The position numbers were made by a program, and so were the translations under genes. From assembly GCA_038087875.1 (NCBI GenBank), contig JAXLNO010000079.1, positions 1-64,000 of the forward strand: DNA of 64,000 bases, given 5' to 3'. This document shows, piece by piece, positions 33,945-46,358 of the stretch; the stretch's first letter is position 1; the number at the start of each line of letters is the position of its first letter. The notes beneath the pieces were generated by a model. That model saw only the letters and a list, made by a program, of their open reading frames with translations, searched no databases and was not told where the DNA came from. Source of the stretch: Malacoraja senta. Lineage: Eukaryota.

Positions 33945-36657
33945 TCAATCATGGTTGATCTATCTCTCCCTCCTAGCCCCATTCTCCTGCCTTCTCCCCA
34001 TAACCCCTGACACCCGTACTGATCAAGAATCTATCTACCTCTGTCTTAAAAATATCAATTGACTTGGCCTCCACAGCCTTCTGTGGCAAAGAATTCTACA
34101 GATTCACCACCCTCTGACTAAAGAAATTCCTCCTCATCTCCTTCCTAAAGGAACGTCCTTTAATTCTGAGGATATTATTACGTCCTTTAATTCTGAGGAT
34201 AATACTTGACTCTCCCACTAGTGGAAATATCCCCTCCACATCCACTCGATCCTAGCCTTTCACAATTCGGTAAGTTTCAATGAGGTCTCCCCTCATCCTT
34301 CTAAACTCCAGCGTGTACAGGCCCAGTGCTGACAAACGCTCATCATATGTTAACCCACTCATTCCTGGGATCATTCTTGTAAACCTCCTCTGGACCCTCT
34401 CCAGAGCCAGCACATCCTTCCTCGGATATGGTGCCCAAAATTGCTTACAATACTCCAAATGTGACCTTACCAGCACCTTATAGAGCTTCAACATTACATC
34501 CCTGTTTTTGTATACAAGCCCTCTTGAAATAAATGCTGGCATTGCATTTGCTTTCCTTACTACCGATTCGAGTTGGAAAATATATTTTTAGGAATCCTGC
34601 ACCAGCACTCCCAAGTCCCTTTGAACTACGATTTCTGGATTTTCACCCCATTTAGAAAATAGTCCATGCCTTTATTCCTATTACCAAAATTCATGACTCC
34701 ACACTTTGCTACACTATATTCCATCTGCCACTTCTCTGTCCACTCTCCCAACTTGTCCAAGTCCTTCTGCAGAGTCCCTGCTTTCTCTACACTACCTACC
34801 CCTCCACCTATTTTGTATCATCCGCAAACTTTGCCACAAAGCCTTCAATCCCCTCGTCCAAATCCTTAATATAAAACGAGAAGAGTAGCGGCCCCAGCAC
34901 CGACCCTTGCAGGACTCCATTAGTCACTGGCAGCCAACCAGAAAAAGACCCTTTATTGCCACTCTTTGTCTTCTGCCATCCAGCCAACCTGCTATCCATG
35001 CTAGTATCTGCCCTTTGATACTGTGGGCTCTCATCTTCCAAAGCAGCCTCACGTGTGGCACCTTTTAAAAGACTTTCTGAAAATCAATCAATCAATCAAC
35101 GAGAGATTTGAGTTTAGGAGCTAGGAGATCCTACTGCAGTTGTTCATGGCCCTTAGGGGTAAAGAAATCATAGAAACATAGAAAATAGTGCAGGAGTAGA
35201 CCATTCAGCCCTTCGAGCCAGGACCACCATTCAATATGATCATGGCTGATCATCCAAAATCAGTACCCCGTTCCTGCTTTTTCCCCATATTCCTTGATTC
35301 CATAAGCTCTAAAAGCTAAATCTAACTCTCTCTTGAAAACATCCAGTGAATTGGCCCTCCACTGCCTTCTGTGGCAAAGAATTCCACAGATTCACAACTC
35401 TCTGTGTGAAAAGGTTTTTCCTCATCTCAGTCTTAAATGGCCTACCCCTCATTCTTAAACTGTAACTCCTGGTTCCGGACTCCCCCAACATGGGGAACAT
35501 TTTTCCTGCATCTAGCCTGTACAATCCCATAAGAATTTTATATGTTTCTGTCAGACTCCCTCTCATCCTTCCAAATTCCAGTGTATACAAGCCCAGTCGC
35601 TCCATTATTTCATCATATGACAGTCCCGCCATCCCAGGAATTACCTGGTGAACCTACGCTGCACTCCCTCAATAGCAAGAATGTACTTCCTCAAATTAGG
35701 AGACCAAAATTCCACATAATACTCCAGGTGCGGTCTCACCAGAGACCTGTACAACTGCAGTAGGGCCTCCTTGCTCCTAAACTCAAATCATCTCGCAATC
35801 AAGGCCAACATGCCATTGGCTTTCTTCACTGTCTGCTGTACCTGCATGCTTACTTTCAGTGACAGAAGTACAAGGACACCCTGGTAATCGTTGCATCTCC
35901 CCTTCTCCTAATCTGACACCATTCAGATAATAATCTGCCTTCCGGTTCTTGCTACCAAAGTGGATAACTTCCCATTTACCCACATTAAACTGCATCTGCC
36001 CACTCATCCAACCTATCCAAGTCACCCTGCAGCCTCATAGCATCCTCCTCACAGCTCACACTGCCACCCAGCTTTGTGTTATCCGCAAACTTGGAGATGT
36101 TACATTTAATTTCCTCGTCTAAATCGTTAATATATATTGTAAACAAATGGGGTCCCAGCACCGGGGCCTTGCGGCACCCCACTATTCACTGCCTGCCATT
36201 CTGAAAAGGACCCATTAATTCCTACTCTTTGCTTCATGTCTGCGAATCAGTTCTCTATCCATGTCAATACCCTACCCCCAATACCATGCGCTCTAATTTT
36301 GCACACTAATCTCTTGTGTATCTCTTGTCCAGATACACCACATCCACCGGCTCTCCCTTATACATTCTACTTGTTACATCCTCAAAAAATTCCAGAAGAT
36401 TAGTCAAGCAGGATTTCCCCTTCATAAATCCATGCTGACTTTGACCGATCCCATCACTGCTTTCCAAATGCGCTGCTATAACATCTTTAATAATCGACTC
36501 GAGCATCTTCCCCACTACTGATGAAAGGCTAACAGGTCTATAATTCCCCGTTTTTTTCTCTCCCTCCTTTCTTAAAAAGTGGAGTTACATTGGCTACCCT
36601 CCACAGGAACTGATGCAAAGTCGAGAAAACATTGGAAAATGATCACCAATGCATCCT
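33945..36657 (-). mobile_element. Composite of two CR1-type LINE fragments
   Basis: RT motifs [13 protein letters not shown] (34808-35041) and SKFADNTKLGG (35985-36182); two 3' UTRs; junction with (tcaa)n. Confidence 0.8.
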
Positions 36658-38627
36658 TGGTAGACAAAAATGCTGGAGGTACTCAGCGGTTGAGGCATCA
36701 TCTATGGAGAGAAGGAATAGGCGATGTTTCTGGTCGAGACTCTTCTTCAGACTGATGTGGTGGGGGGGGGTGGGGGGGAGAGCGGGAAAAAGAACTACCC
36801 AAGCGAAATATGAGGTGCTGCTCCTCCAATTTGCGCTGGGCTTCCTCAAAATCTCATCTCCCTGTTCACTACTCCCGCTACATAAACTCATTGATTTCCA
36901 GTAAGTTCCCTTAGGCTCTCATAGCTGCTCCCAACATCTGCACCATAGAGGCTTCTCCCCCCCCCCCCCCCCCCCCCCCCCATCTCAGCACTGACGATCT
37001 CATTATTTTATTCAATACCACTTGCTCTTCCATCCTGGATTCTGTTGCTCCTCTTAAAATGAAAAAGCCTAAGCCTAAAGGTTGACCGTGGCTCAATGAT
37101 ACCACCAGGGCCCTAAGAAGAGAATGCAGAAAATCAGAACGGAAGAATAAATCTGATAAGCTTCAAATTTCCTTCGAACTTCTGAAAAACAATCTGCTCA
37201 AATACCAGGAAGCAGTAAAGTCTGCGAGAACACAATACTTTTCCGACCTTATTTCCAAAAATGCTCAAAATTCCAAGGTCCTATTTAGTGCTATTACCTC
37301 TCTCATATGTCCCGCCCCCAGCACCAGCTTATCTGGGTCCCCTGCCAAGTGCAAAGAATTCTCTACATTTTTCACCAGTAAAGTTGAGAACATCAGAACG
37401 AATATTTCCCCTCCCACCCATGACCTAGCTGTCTCTTTGGTCTGTTCTTCTAAATTAGACTGTTTCCAACCCGTTACGCTACCCTCCCTTGTAAAGCTGA
37501 TCTCCACTATGAAATCTGCAACCTGCCCCTTAGACATTGTCCCCTCTGAAGGATGTCATTGCAATAGTCGGTCCCAGTATCCTCGCTATCATCAACAGTT
37601 CTCTGGCCACTGGCACTGTTCCTACCTGCTTCAAGCACGCGGTCAGCGCCGGCCCTAGGGTTGCTGGCGCCCCGGGCAAGCTGAACTTCGGCGCCCTTAC
37701 AAGTATAATTTTAAAATAAAATTCACAAGGAGAAAAACTGAAAATGTAGAATAAAGAGTTTATTACAATATTACAAAATCGAGGCATTCAAATCTGTACA
37801 GAATCTGAACAAACTGAGAAGCATACTATATTCTGTAAGTTCACGATGATAAAAACTATAGCTGTAACGAATTTTCTCCTAATAAAAAGTATGAACAAAT
37901 GAACAGATGCTGGAAAACATTTATTATCCTACCTAAAACATTTTTTTTCTAGCCTTTAGATCTGCAAATCTTTTCATGGCACTTTCTATATCTATCTTCT
38001 TTACAAGATCATTTTCTATTGACAAAATTGCCAAAGAATTTAATCTGTCTTGAGTCATGGACGACCGTAAGTATGTCTTTATAAGCTTTAGTTTACTAAA
38101 GCTTCTCTCTCCGGTGGCCACAGTAATAGGTATTGTAAGCATTATTCTTAATGCAACCCACAGATTTGGCATGACATCCTGTAACTTATTAGTGTTTATG
38201 AACCTAACGGCTTCTATTGGAAGCTTTACATCTTCAGGAAATAATTATTTTGCAATAACCAGTTCCGTCAAGAGATCACATCCATTAATATCACTATTTT
38301 CTTGGTACCTTAACTTATCCTCCAAACCTTGACATGCTACTTTGAGTTTATTTTTATCTGGCAGATCTTTTAGGTTATTTAAAAATCCCCATGTGTTATT
38401 GAAACTTTGTAACTGTTCAAATCTCTCTGATAAAGAATTAATAGCTCTGTCGAGTATTACATTCAACACATGATTTTTAAATCTTTTTTCTGGGTCACCT
38501 GCATTTGGAACCTCGTCAATGCACTCGTATTCAAACAGCTTCCTTTTTCTGCTTATTCTTTTACTTCTAAAAATGGGCTCTACATCTAATTCTGTAACTA
38601 ATTCTTTTGCTGACTACTGCTTTTTCA

Positions 38628-40988
38628 TATCATAGATACATAGAAAATAGGTGCAGGAGTAGGCCATTCGGCCCTTCGAGCCTGCACCGCCATTCAATAT
38701 GATCATGGCTGATCATCCAACTCAGTATCCCGTACCTGCCTTCTCTCCATACCCCCTGATCCCCTTAGCCACAAGGGCCACATCTAACTCCCTCTTAAAT
38801 ATAGCCAATGAACTGGCCTCAACTACCCTCTGTGGCAGAGAGTTCCAGAGATTCACCACTCTCTGTGTGAAAACGTTTTTCCTCATCTCGGTCGTAAAGG
38901 ATTTCCCCCTTATCCTTAAGCTGTGACCCCTTGTCCTGGACTTCCCCAACATCGGGAACAATCTTCCTGCATCTAGCCTGTCCAACCCCATAAGAATTTT
39001 GTACGTTTCTATAAGATCCCCTCTCAATCTCCTAAATTATAGCGAGTATAAGCCAAGTCTATCCAGTCTTTCTTCATATGAAAGTCCTGACATCCCAGGA
39101 ATCAGTCTGGTGAACCTTCTCTGCACTCCCTCTATGGCTATAATGTCCTTCCTCAGATTTGGAGACCAAAACTGTACGCAATACTCCAGGTGTGGTCTCA
39201 CCAAGACCCAGTAGAACCTCCCTGCTCCTATACTCAAATCCTTTTGCTATGAAAGCTAACATACCATTCGCTTTCTTCACTGCCTCACTGCCTGCTGTAC
39301 CTGCATGCCTACTTTCAATGACTGGTGTACCATGACACCCAGGTCTCGCTGCATTTCCCCATTTCCTAATCGGCCACCATTTAGATAATAGTCTGCTTTC
39401 CTGTTTTTGCCACCAAAGTGGATAACCTCACATTTATCCACATTATACTGCATCTGCCAAACATTTGCCCACTCACCCAGCCTATCCAAGTCACCTTGCA
39501 GTCTCCTAGCATCCTCCTCACAGCTAACACTGCCCCCCAGCTTAGTGTCATCCGCAAACTTGGAGATGTTGCCTTCAATTCCCTCATCCAGCTCATTAAT
39601 ATAAATTGTAAATAGCTGGGGTCCCAGCACTGAGCCTTGCGGTACCCCACTAGTCACTGCCTGCCATTGTGAAAAGGACCCGTTTACTCCTACTCTTTGT
39701 TTCCTGTTTGCCAGCCAGTTCTCTATCCACATCAATACTGAACCCCCAATACCGTGTGCTTTAAGTTTGTATACTAATCTCTTATGTGGTACCTTGTCGA
39801 AAGCCTTCTGAAAGTCCAGATACAACACATCCACTGGTTCTCCCCTATCCACTCTACTAGTTACATCCTCGAAAAATTCTATAAGATTCGTCAGACATGA
39901 TTTACCTTTCGTAAATCCATGCTGACTTTGTCCAATGATTTCACCACTTTCCAAATGTGCTGCTATCCCATCTTTAATAAGTGACTCTAGCAGTTTCCCC
40001 ACGACCGATGTTAGACTAACTGGTCTGTAATTCCCCGTTTTCTCTCTCCCTCCCTTCTTAAAAAGTGGGGTTACGTTTGCTACCCTCCAATCCTCAGGAA
40101 CTACTCCAGAAACTAAAGAGTTTTGAAAAATTATCATTAATGCATCCACTATTTCTGGAGCTACTTCCTTAAGTACTCTGGGATGCAGCCTATCTGGCCC
40201 TGGTGATTTATCGGCCTTTAATCCATTCAATTTACCCAACACCACTTCCCGACTAACCTGGATTTCACTCAGTTCCTCCATCTCCTTTGACCCGCGGCCC
40301 CCTGCTATTTCCGGCAGATTATTTATGTCTTCCTTAGTGAAGACGGAACCAAAGTAGTTATTCAATTGGTCCGCCATATCCTTGTTCCCCATGATCAATT
40401 CACCTGTTTCTGACTGCAAGGGACCTACATTTGTTTTAACTAATCTCTTTCTCTTCACATATCTATAAAAACTTTTGCAGTCAGTTTTTATGTTCCCTGC
40501 CAGTTTCCTTTCATAATCTATTTTCCCTTTCCTAATTAAGCCCTTTGTCCTCCTCTGCTGGTCTCTGAATTTCTTCCAGTCCTCTGGTATGCTGCTTTTT
40601 CTGGCTAATTTGTACGCATCATCTTTTGCTTTGATACTATCCCTGATTTCCCTTGTTATCCACGGATGCACTACCTTTCCTGATTTGTTCTTTTGCCAAA
40701 CTGGGATGAACAATTTTTGTAGTTCATCCATGCAGTCTTTAAATGCCTTCCATTGCATATCCACCGTCAACCCTTTTAGAACTAATTGCCAGTCAATCTT
40801 GGCCAATTCACGTCTCATACCCTCAAAGTTACCTTTCTTTAAGTTCAGAACCGTTGTTTCTGAATTAACAATGTCACTCTCCATCCTAATGAAGAACTCA
40901 ACCATATTATGGTCACTCTTGCCCAAGGGGGCACGCACAACAAGACTGCTGACTAACCCTTCCTCATTACTCAATACCCAGTCTAGAA
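38628..40988 (-). mobile_element. Young CR1-type LINE nested in hAT (577-aa open ORF2 segment)
   Basis: ORF 39277-41010 with complete RT motifs (NYRPVSLT, YLDFQKAFDKV, VPQGSVLGP, FADD); 3' tail near 38630. Confidence 0.92.
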
Positions 40989-41504
40989 TATCCATTTGCA
41001 CGATAATCAATTAAGTAATCAGTGACACTATTCATTAATGAAACTGCGGTAGACAGTTCCACAGAGGTGTTCTGCATAGTTTTGCTGACAACATTTACTC
41101 TGCCTAAGACATCATACCAGACATTCATCATCACTAGAAAACTGTAATCTTCTATTTGTGTTACAAGAGTCTGCTTCATGTCGCATTGCAGGATCAGAAG
41201 CAGGCATTTCTGAAAGTTCATAAAGAGCTTCTCAGATTCCTATAATTTCATATTTAATGGCTTTGACACATTCTAATCTGCACTCCCATCTAGTCTCGCA
41301 TTAAGGTTTTGCAGTGAGACATTTAACATGTTTTTTCAGTGCATGCCATCGCCAAGGAGAGGCAGAAAACAAAACATATATGCGCTGGACAGTACCAAAA
41401 AATGAAGTGGATTCCCGGCAACTTGTTGCACTGTCACCAACCACTAAGTTCAGGCTATGACATCCACATGGCATATAAAATGCCTGTGGATTCTCTTGAA
41501 AGCT

Positions 41505-41985
41505 AGATAGGGCTCTAATTGGTCGCATCATGGCCTGGTTCGGCAACTTGAGCGACCAGGAGTGGAAAAGACTGCAAAAGGTTGTAAACACTGCCCAGTC
41601 CATCACCGGATCTGACCTCCCCACCATCGACGGGATTTATCGGAGTCGCTGCCTCAAAAAGGCAGCCAGCATCATCAGAGACCCACACCATCCTGGCCAC
41701 ACATCCATTTCACCACTGCCATTGGGAAGAAGGTACAGGAGCCTGAAAACGGTAACTTCCAGGTTCAGGAACAGCTGCTTCCCTTCAGCACAACAAATAA
41801 GCTTTGAACTACAACAGACTATTATTATTGCACTATAATTGTTTGCATGCGTGTATGTGTGTATATATACACACTGAACTTTTTTTTCCTCACGTTAATG
41901 TACTATGTTTATATATTCTGTTGTGCTGCAGCAAATAAGAATTTCATTGTTCTGTCTGGGACATATGACAACAAAACACTCTTGA
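41505..41985 (+). mobile_element. Rex1/Babar-like LINE 3' end nested in hAT
   Basis: AWFGNLSDQEWKRLQKVVNTAQSITG...RFRNSCFP; tail aaaacactcttgac. Confidence 0.7.
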
Positions 41986-44033
41986 CGGGCACGTGGACCC
42001 ACCTTGATTATGGCTTTAAATTGTAAGAGGACGCCTCTCGCAGGCTTCAGTGCAGCGTTTGCTGTGCCGACGTCAGGCTCCGGACAAGATCCGGGGCGCA
42101 GTTTGTGGGTGCGCTGGGAGCTGCGGGAACCTGACCGGTTTCCTGTGCCGGGAGCAGTAGGGCAGGTGGAGGCTACTCCCTCTCGATGCCACAGCGAGGC
42201 GGCCCAGGGCGCCGAGTAGAAAGGGGAGCAGAAAGCTCGGGGGTGGAGGAAAGGACATAACCTGTTTCCGAGCTGAGCGCCAAGGAGGGTTAAGGCAACG
42301 AGATCCGACCGCCCACCCCCCCCCCCCCCCCCGCTTGGTTTTCTGATTCCTCAAAACCCGGGAGAGCAACTTCGTCCATTCAAGCATGGACGGTCTGTGC
42401 AGAGAATGGAGGGAGGTGCGAGTTCAGGAAGGCAGGAGGACGTACTCCTTGATGGCGCCCCCAAGCACATGGCGCCCCGGGCGACTGTCCGAGTTGCCGG
42501 TACCTTGAGCCGGCCCTGCATGCGGTGGTCCAGCCCCTCCTGAAAAAACCTAACCTAGACCCTACCTTGCCTAATAACTACAGACCTATTTCCAAACTGC
42601 CTTTCCCTCTTAAAAGTCCTTCAAATGGTAATTCTAGACCAACTAATGCCTTACCTACACCAAAATACCACCCTGGAAAGTTTCCAATCAGGTTTCAGGG
42701 CCCACCACAGCACAGAGTCTGCCTTGTTGAAGGTACACAACGACCTCCTTCTCACCATCAACTTCGGCGACTGTACAATCCTGCTCCTTCTTGACCTCAG
42801 CGCAGCATTTGATACTGTCGACCACACCATCCTAATTGACCGTCTCCGGTATGGGGTTGGTATTGATGGCACTGCCCCGAGCTGGTTCATCTCCTACCTC
42901 AAAGGTAGGAGTTTCTCTACTAACATAGGCAACTCTTTCTCCTCCCCAGCTAATCTCTGTTGTGGGGTTCCACAAGGTTCCATCCTTGGCCCCATTCTCT
43001 TCTCCCTGTACATGCTCCCCTTAGGCCAAGTCATCCAAAGGCACGACATTTCTTTCTACTGTTATACAGATGACACACAGCTCTATCTCCCCCTGAAACC
43101 CAACAACCGGTCTAATTTAAATAGCCGCATGCACTGCCTCGATGATTTAAAATGTTGGATGGCCCACAACTTCCTCCAACTTAACGAGAGCAAGTCTGAG
43201 GTCATCCTACTCGGCCCATCCGACCCCATCAAAACGATAACAGGCAGCCTTGGAAGCCTAACCTCCTTAGTCAAACCACACGTCAAAAACCTTGGCGTGA
43301 TATTTGACTCCGCTTTAAAGTTTGACAAGCAAGTCAACTCTGTGGTAAAAGCTGGTTTCTTCCAGCTTCGTACCATAGCTAAAATCAAACCATTCCTCAA
43401 ATTCGATGACCTTGAAAATATCATCCACGCATTCATCTTTTCCCGCCTTGACTACTGCAACTCCCTATACACTGGCATCAGCCAATCATCCCTGTCCCGC
43501 CTGCAATTGGTCCAAAACGCCGCAGCGAGACTTCTGACAGGTACCCGTAAATGGGAGCACGTCACCCCGATTCAGGCCTCTCTCCACTGGCTCCCAGTAC
43601 GGTACAGAATCAACTTCAAGCTCCTCTTATACGTATACAAAGCCCTTAACGGGCTTGCCCCCCCCCCCCCCCCCCCATATCAAAATCTTCTAACCCACCA
43701 TTCTACCTCCAGGTCCCTCAGGTCGGCCGACTTGGGGCTACTGACTATCCCGCGGTCTAGGTTTAAGCTCAGGGGTGACCGCGCTTTTGCGGTGGCAGCA
43801 CCGAATGTGGAATAGCATCCCACTCCTCATCAGAACTGCCACCACCATCGACTCCTTTAAGTCACGACTCAAAACCTATTTCTACTCCCTAGCGTAAACA
43901 GTTTATGCATGTATTGTCGGGTCTGTCTACCGTTGTATGTATCAAATTAGTACCTGCACCGATGTGAAGCACTTTGGTCAACGTGAGTTGTTTTTAAATG
44001 TGCTGTACAAATAAATTTATTATTATTATTATT

Positions 44034-44470
44034 TACTCTGGCAATGGAGGAGGCCCAGGACAGAAAGGTCAGATTTGGAATGGGTGTGTTGAAGTGCTGG
44101 GAGATCAGGTTGGTTCATGCGAACTGAGCGGAGGTGTTGGGCGAAGCGATCGCCAAGCCTGCGCTTGGTCTCACCGATGTAGAGAAGTTGACACCTGGAA
44201 CAGCGGATGCAGTAGATGAGGTTGGGGGAGGTGCAGGTGAACCTCTGCCTCACCTGGAAAGACTGTTTTGGTCCTTGGATGGAGTCGAGGGGGGAGGTAA
44301 AGTGACAAGTGTGGCATTTCCTGCGGTTCGGTGGAAGGTGAGGACAAGGGGGACTCGGCCCTTGTTACGTAGGGGGATGGGGAGTGAGAGCGGAGCTGCG
44401 GGATATAGAGGAGACCCTGGTGAGAGCCTCATCTATAATAGAAGAGGGGAACCCCCGTTCCCTAAAGAGG
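44034..44470 (-). mobile_element. Penelope-like internal fragment
   Basis: LIYCIRCSRCQLLYIGETKRRLGDRF GIY-YIG on the minus strand. Confidence 0.8.
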
Positions 44471-44944
44471 CCTCTTCTATTATAGATGAGAAGGGAGAGG
44501 CTCTTCCTTCTACCTTTTGCTTCTGTCCCCCTTTAATGGCCCCTCTGTTGTTGACCCTCCCCACTGTTTAGTTTAAACCCACCCGATTCAATGCTGTAGC
44601 CCCAATAATCAGATTTGTTTTCATTATAGTGATGTGTGGTGATGTTTTCAATATTGTGAAACTATTTTCACATTAAATATGCGCACTACATATATTGGTG
44701 ACAATGTTACATTTTTATCTCACATCATTCAGATCTTTAGACAAAGAATAATACCCACTAATACAAATCTATTTTGGAGCCATTCATGTATTATAATTCC
44801 ACACCAGTGAAAAACATTAACATTGACATTGTTGATGGAAAAATAAGTTAAATGTAATTCTTTTCAAATAGAATATGATGTATTTAATACAGAATCTTCT
44901 TTTACATTACAAATTACACAACTGTATCATGGATTGTAACATAT

Positions 44945-46157
44945 CTATAATATTTGCAATTTCTTGGAACAATTAATGCTGCTGTGAACTAATTTCCACA
45001 TTGCCAGAAGCTCTGCTGGAAGCAGTTTATGTACCACCAACATGCTTTGGTAAAAACAAGGCTCTTTATTCAGTTTACTGCTTTTGTTTCTTACAAGTCC
45101 AAAGGTCTTAAAGCCACAATGATCAATAGGAGTAATTCCCAACAGCTCGAGGCACATCCCCAAGAACACATCATCTATAGGATACAGCTCCAAGCCTTCT
45201 GACACCACGTATAATCGTTGTGCCAATGATCCGGACATCAAGAACCCACCACCCCCTACGTAAGGGGGATAGTAAGTTTTATTGTACAAGCCTTCCGGTA
45301 TGTAATACTTATTTTCCTTCTTTCTAATTGGTTTGGCCTTGTACAATACATCACCCACAAAAAGATTCTGAAAGTTAGATGCATTAAGAAACTCAAGAAT
45401 ATTCTCTGTGCTCACAAACACATCATCATCTCCTTTAAAAATATACTCAACATTCTCACAGTATGTCGAAAACCATCTGAGAAAGTTGACTTCTTTTAAG
45501 GTGAGATTGAAGAAAGTGTCCATGAAATCCCACTGGAGAATATCACCATAAATAATATTCTCATATTCCAAGAGCTTTTGATGGTGGGACCGTTCATGTT
45601 CCGTGGATGAAATCCCCAAAAGAAACAATGTTTTAATTTGCTTCCCGTCTGACTGCATTTGTCTGCCCCATGTTTTCCTGATCACCTCTCTGCGGTCATA
45701 CTGTGTAATGATGGATTTAACAATGATCAAAAGGTAGACATGACCACTGCATTTCTCAGGATGATTGAGAATTATTGGGAAATACCTACAGTGTCTATAT
45801 CGTAGGAACTGTTCAAAATTTGGTTCCAAGCCACTCAACCAACCAGTGCGTGTGAAGTTAGAGGGAGTACAATTGGCATCTGTCACATCCCAATGTTTGG
45901 TTTCTCTTGTTGTTGCTGGGGCAGTTGTCTCGGGTTTTTGGGGACTCCAGAAGTTGCCCGTGGGAGTGAGAAAACTCAGAAACTTGACAACTGATCTTCC
46001 CGCTGGGGAAGTGAAACTCCGCGAGATTTTTCGGGACGTCTGCTTGGTGTAGCTGCTTCTCTGCAGTACGGCCAATGTTATCACAAGCACAAAGGAAATG
46101 AGGCAGAAAACCTTCAACTGCTTCTTCCCCCTAATATGCATCTTCATCAGAATGTTT
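44945..46157 (-). CDS. B3GNT7: UDP-GlcNAc:betaGal beta-1,3-N-acetylglucosaminyltransferase 7, main coding exon
   Basis: 400-aa ORF from ATG 46147: type II TM segment, GT31 motifs ([46 protein letters not shown]), B3GNT7-like [14 protein letters not shown] and C-terminal CSKKLQIL; acceptor ttag| before 46157; neighbour of NCL as in human. Confidence 0.94.
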
Positions 46158-46358
46158 CTAAGTATTGAAACAGAAACATTAATTCAATGATTATTTGGAT
46201 AAATCAGTTAATTCAATAAATTCAATTAAAATCTATGAATAAGCAATCTTCACATTTCTTATATTCTGTATGAATATAAAAAGGAGATTCCTTTATTTAA
46301 TAATCACACCACTTTGTTCCAAAGTTATTGAAATGCCCAGGACACACATGGAAATAAT

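Larger units (their letters stand above)
37644..42518 (-). mobile_element. hAT DNA transposon (degenerate transposase) with nested LINEs
   Basis: TIRs cag(c/g)gccggc...gccggccctg; 8-bp TSD cacgcggt (37636-37643) / catgcggt (42519-42526); hAT dimerization motif TVATGERSFSKLKLIKTYLRSSM; CxxH motif PCGCHSLNL. Confidence 0.88.
36845..44033 (+). mobile_element. L2-clade LINE ORF2, split by the hAT insertion
   Basis: [21 protein letters not shown] joins across 37643/42519; RT ORF 42625-43815 ([31 protein letters not shown]); tail aataaa-(tta)n. Confidence 0.88.
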
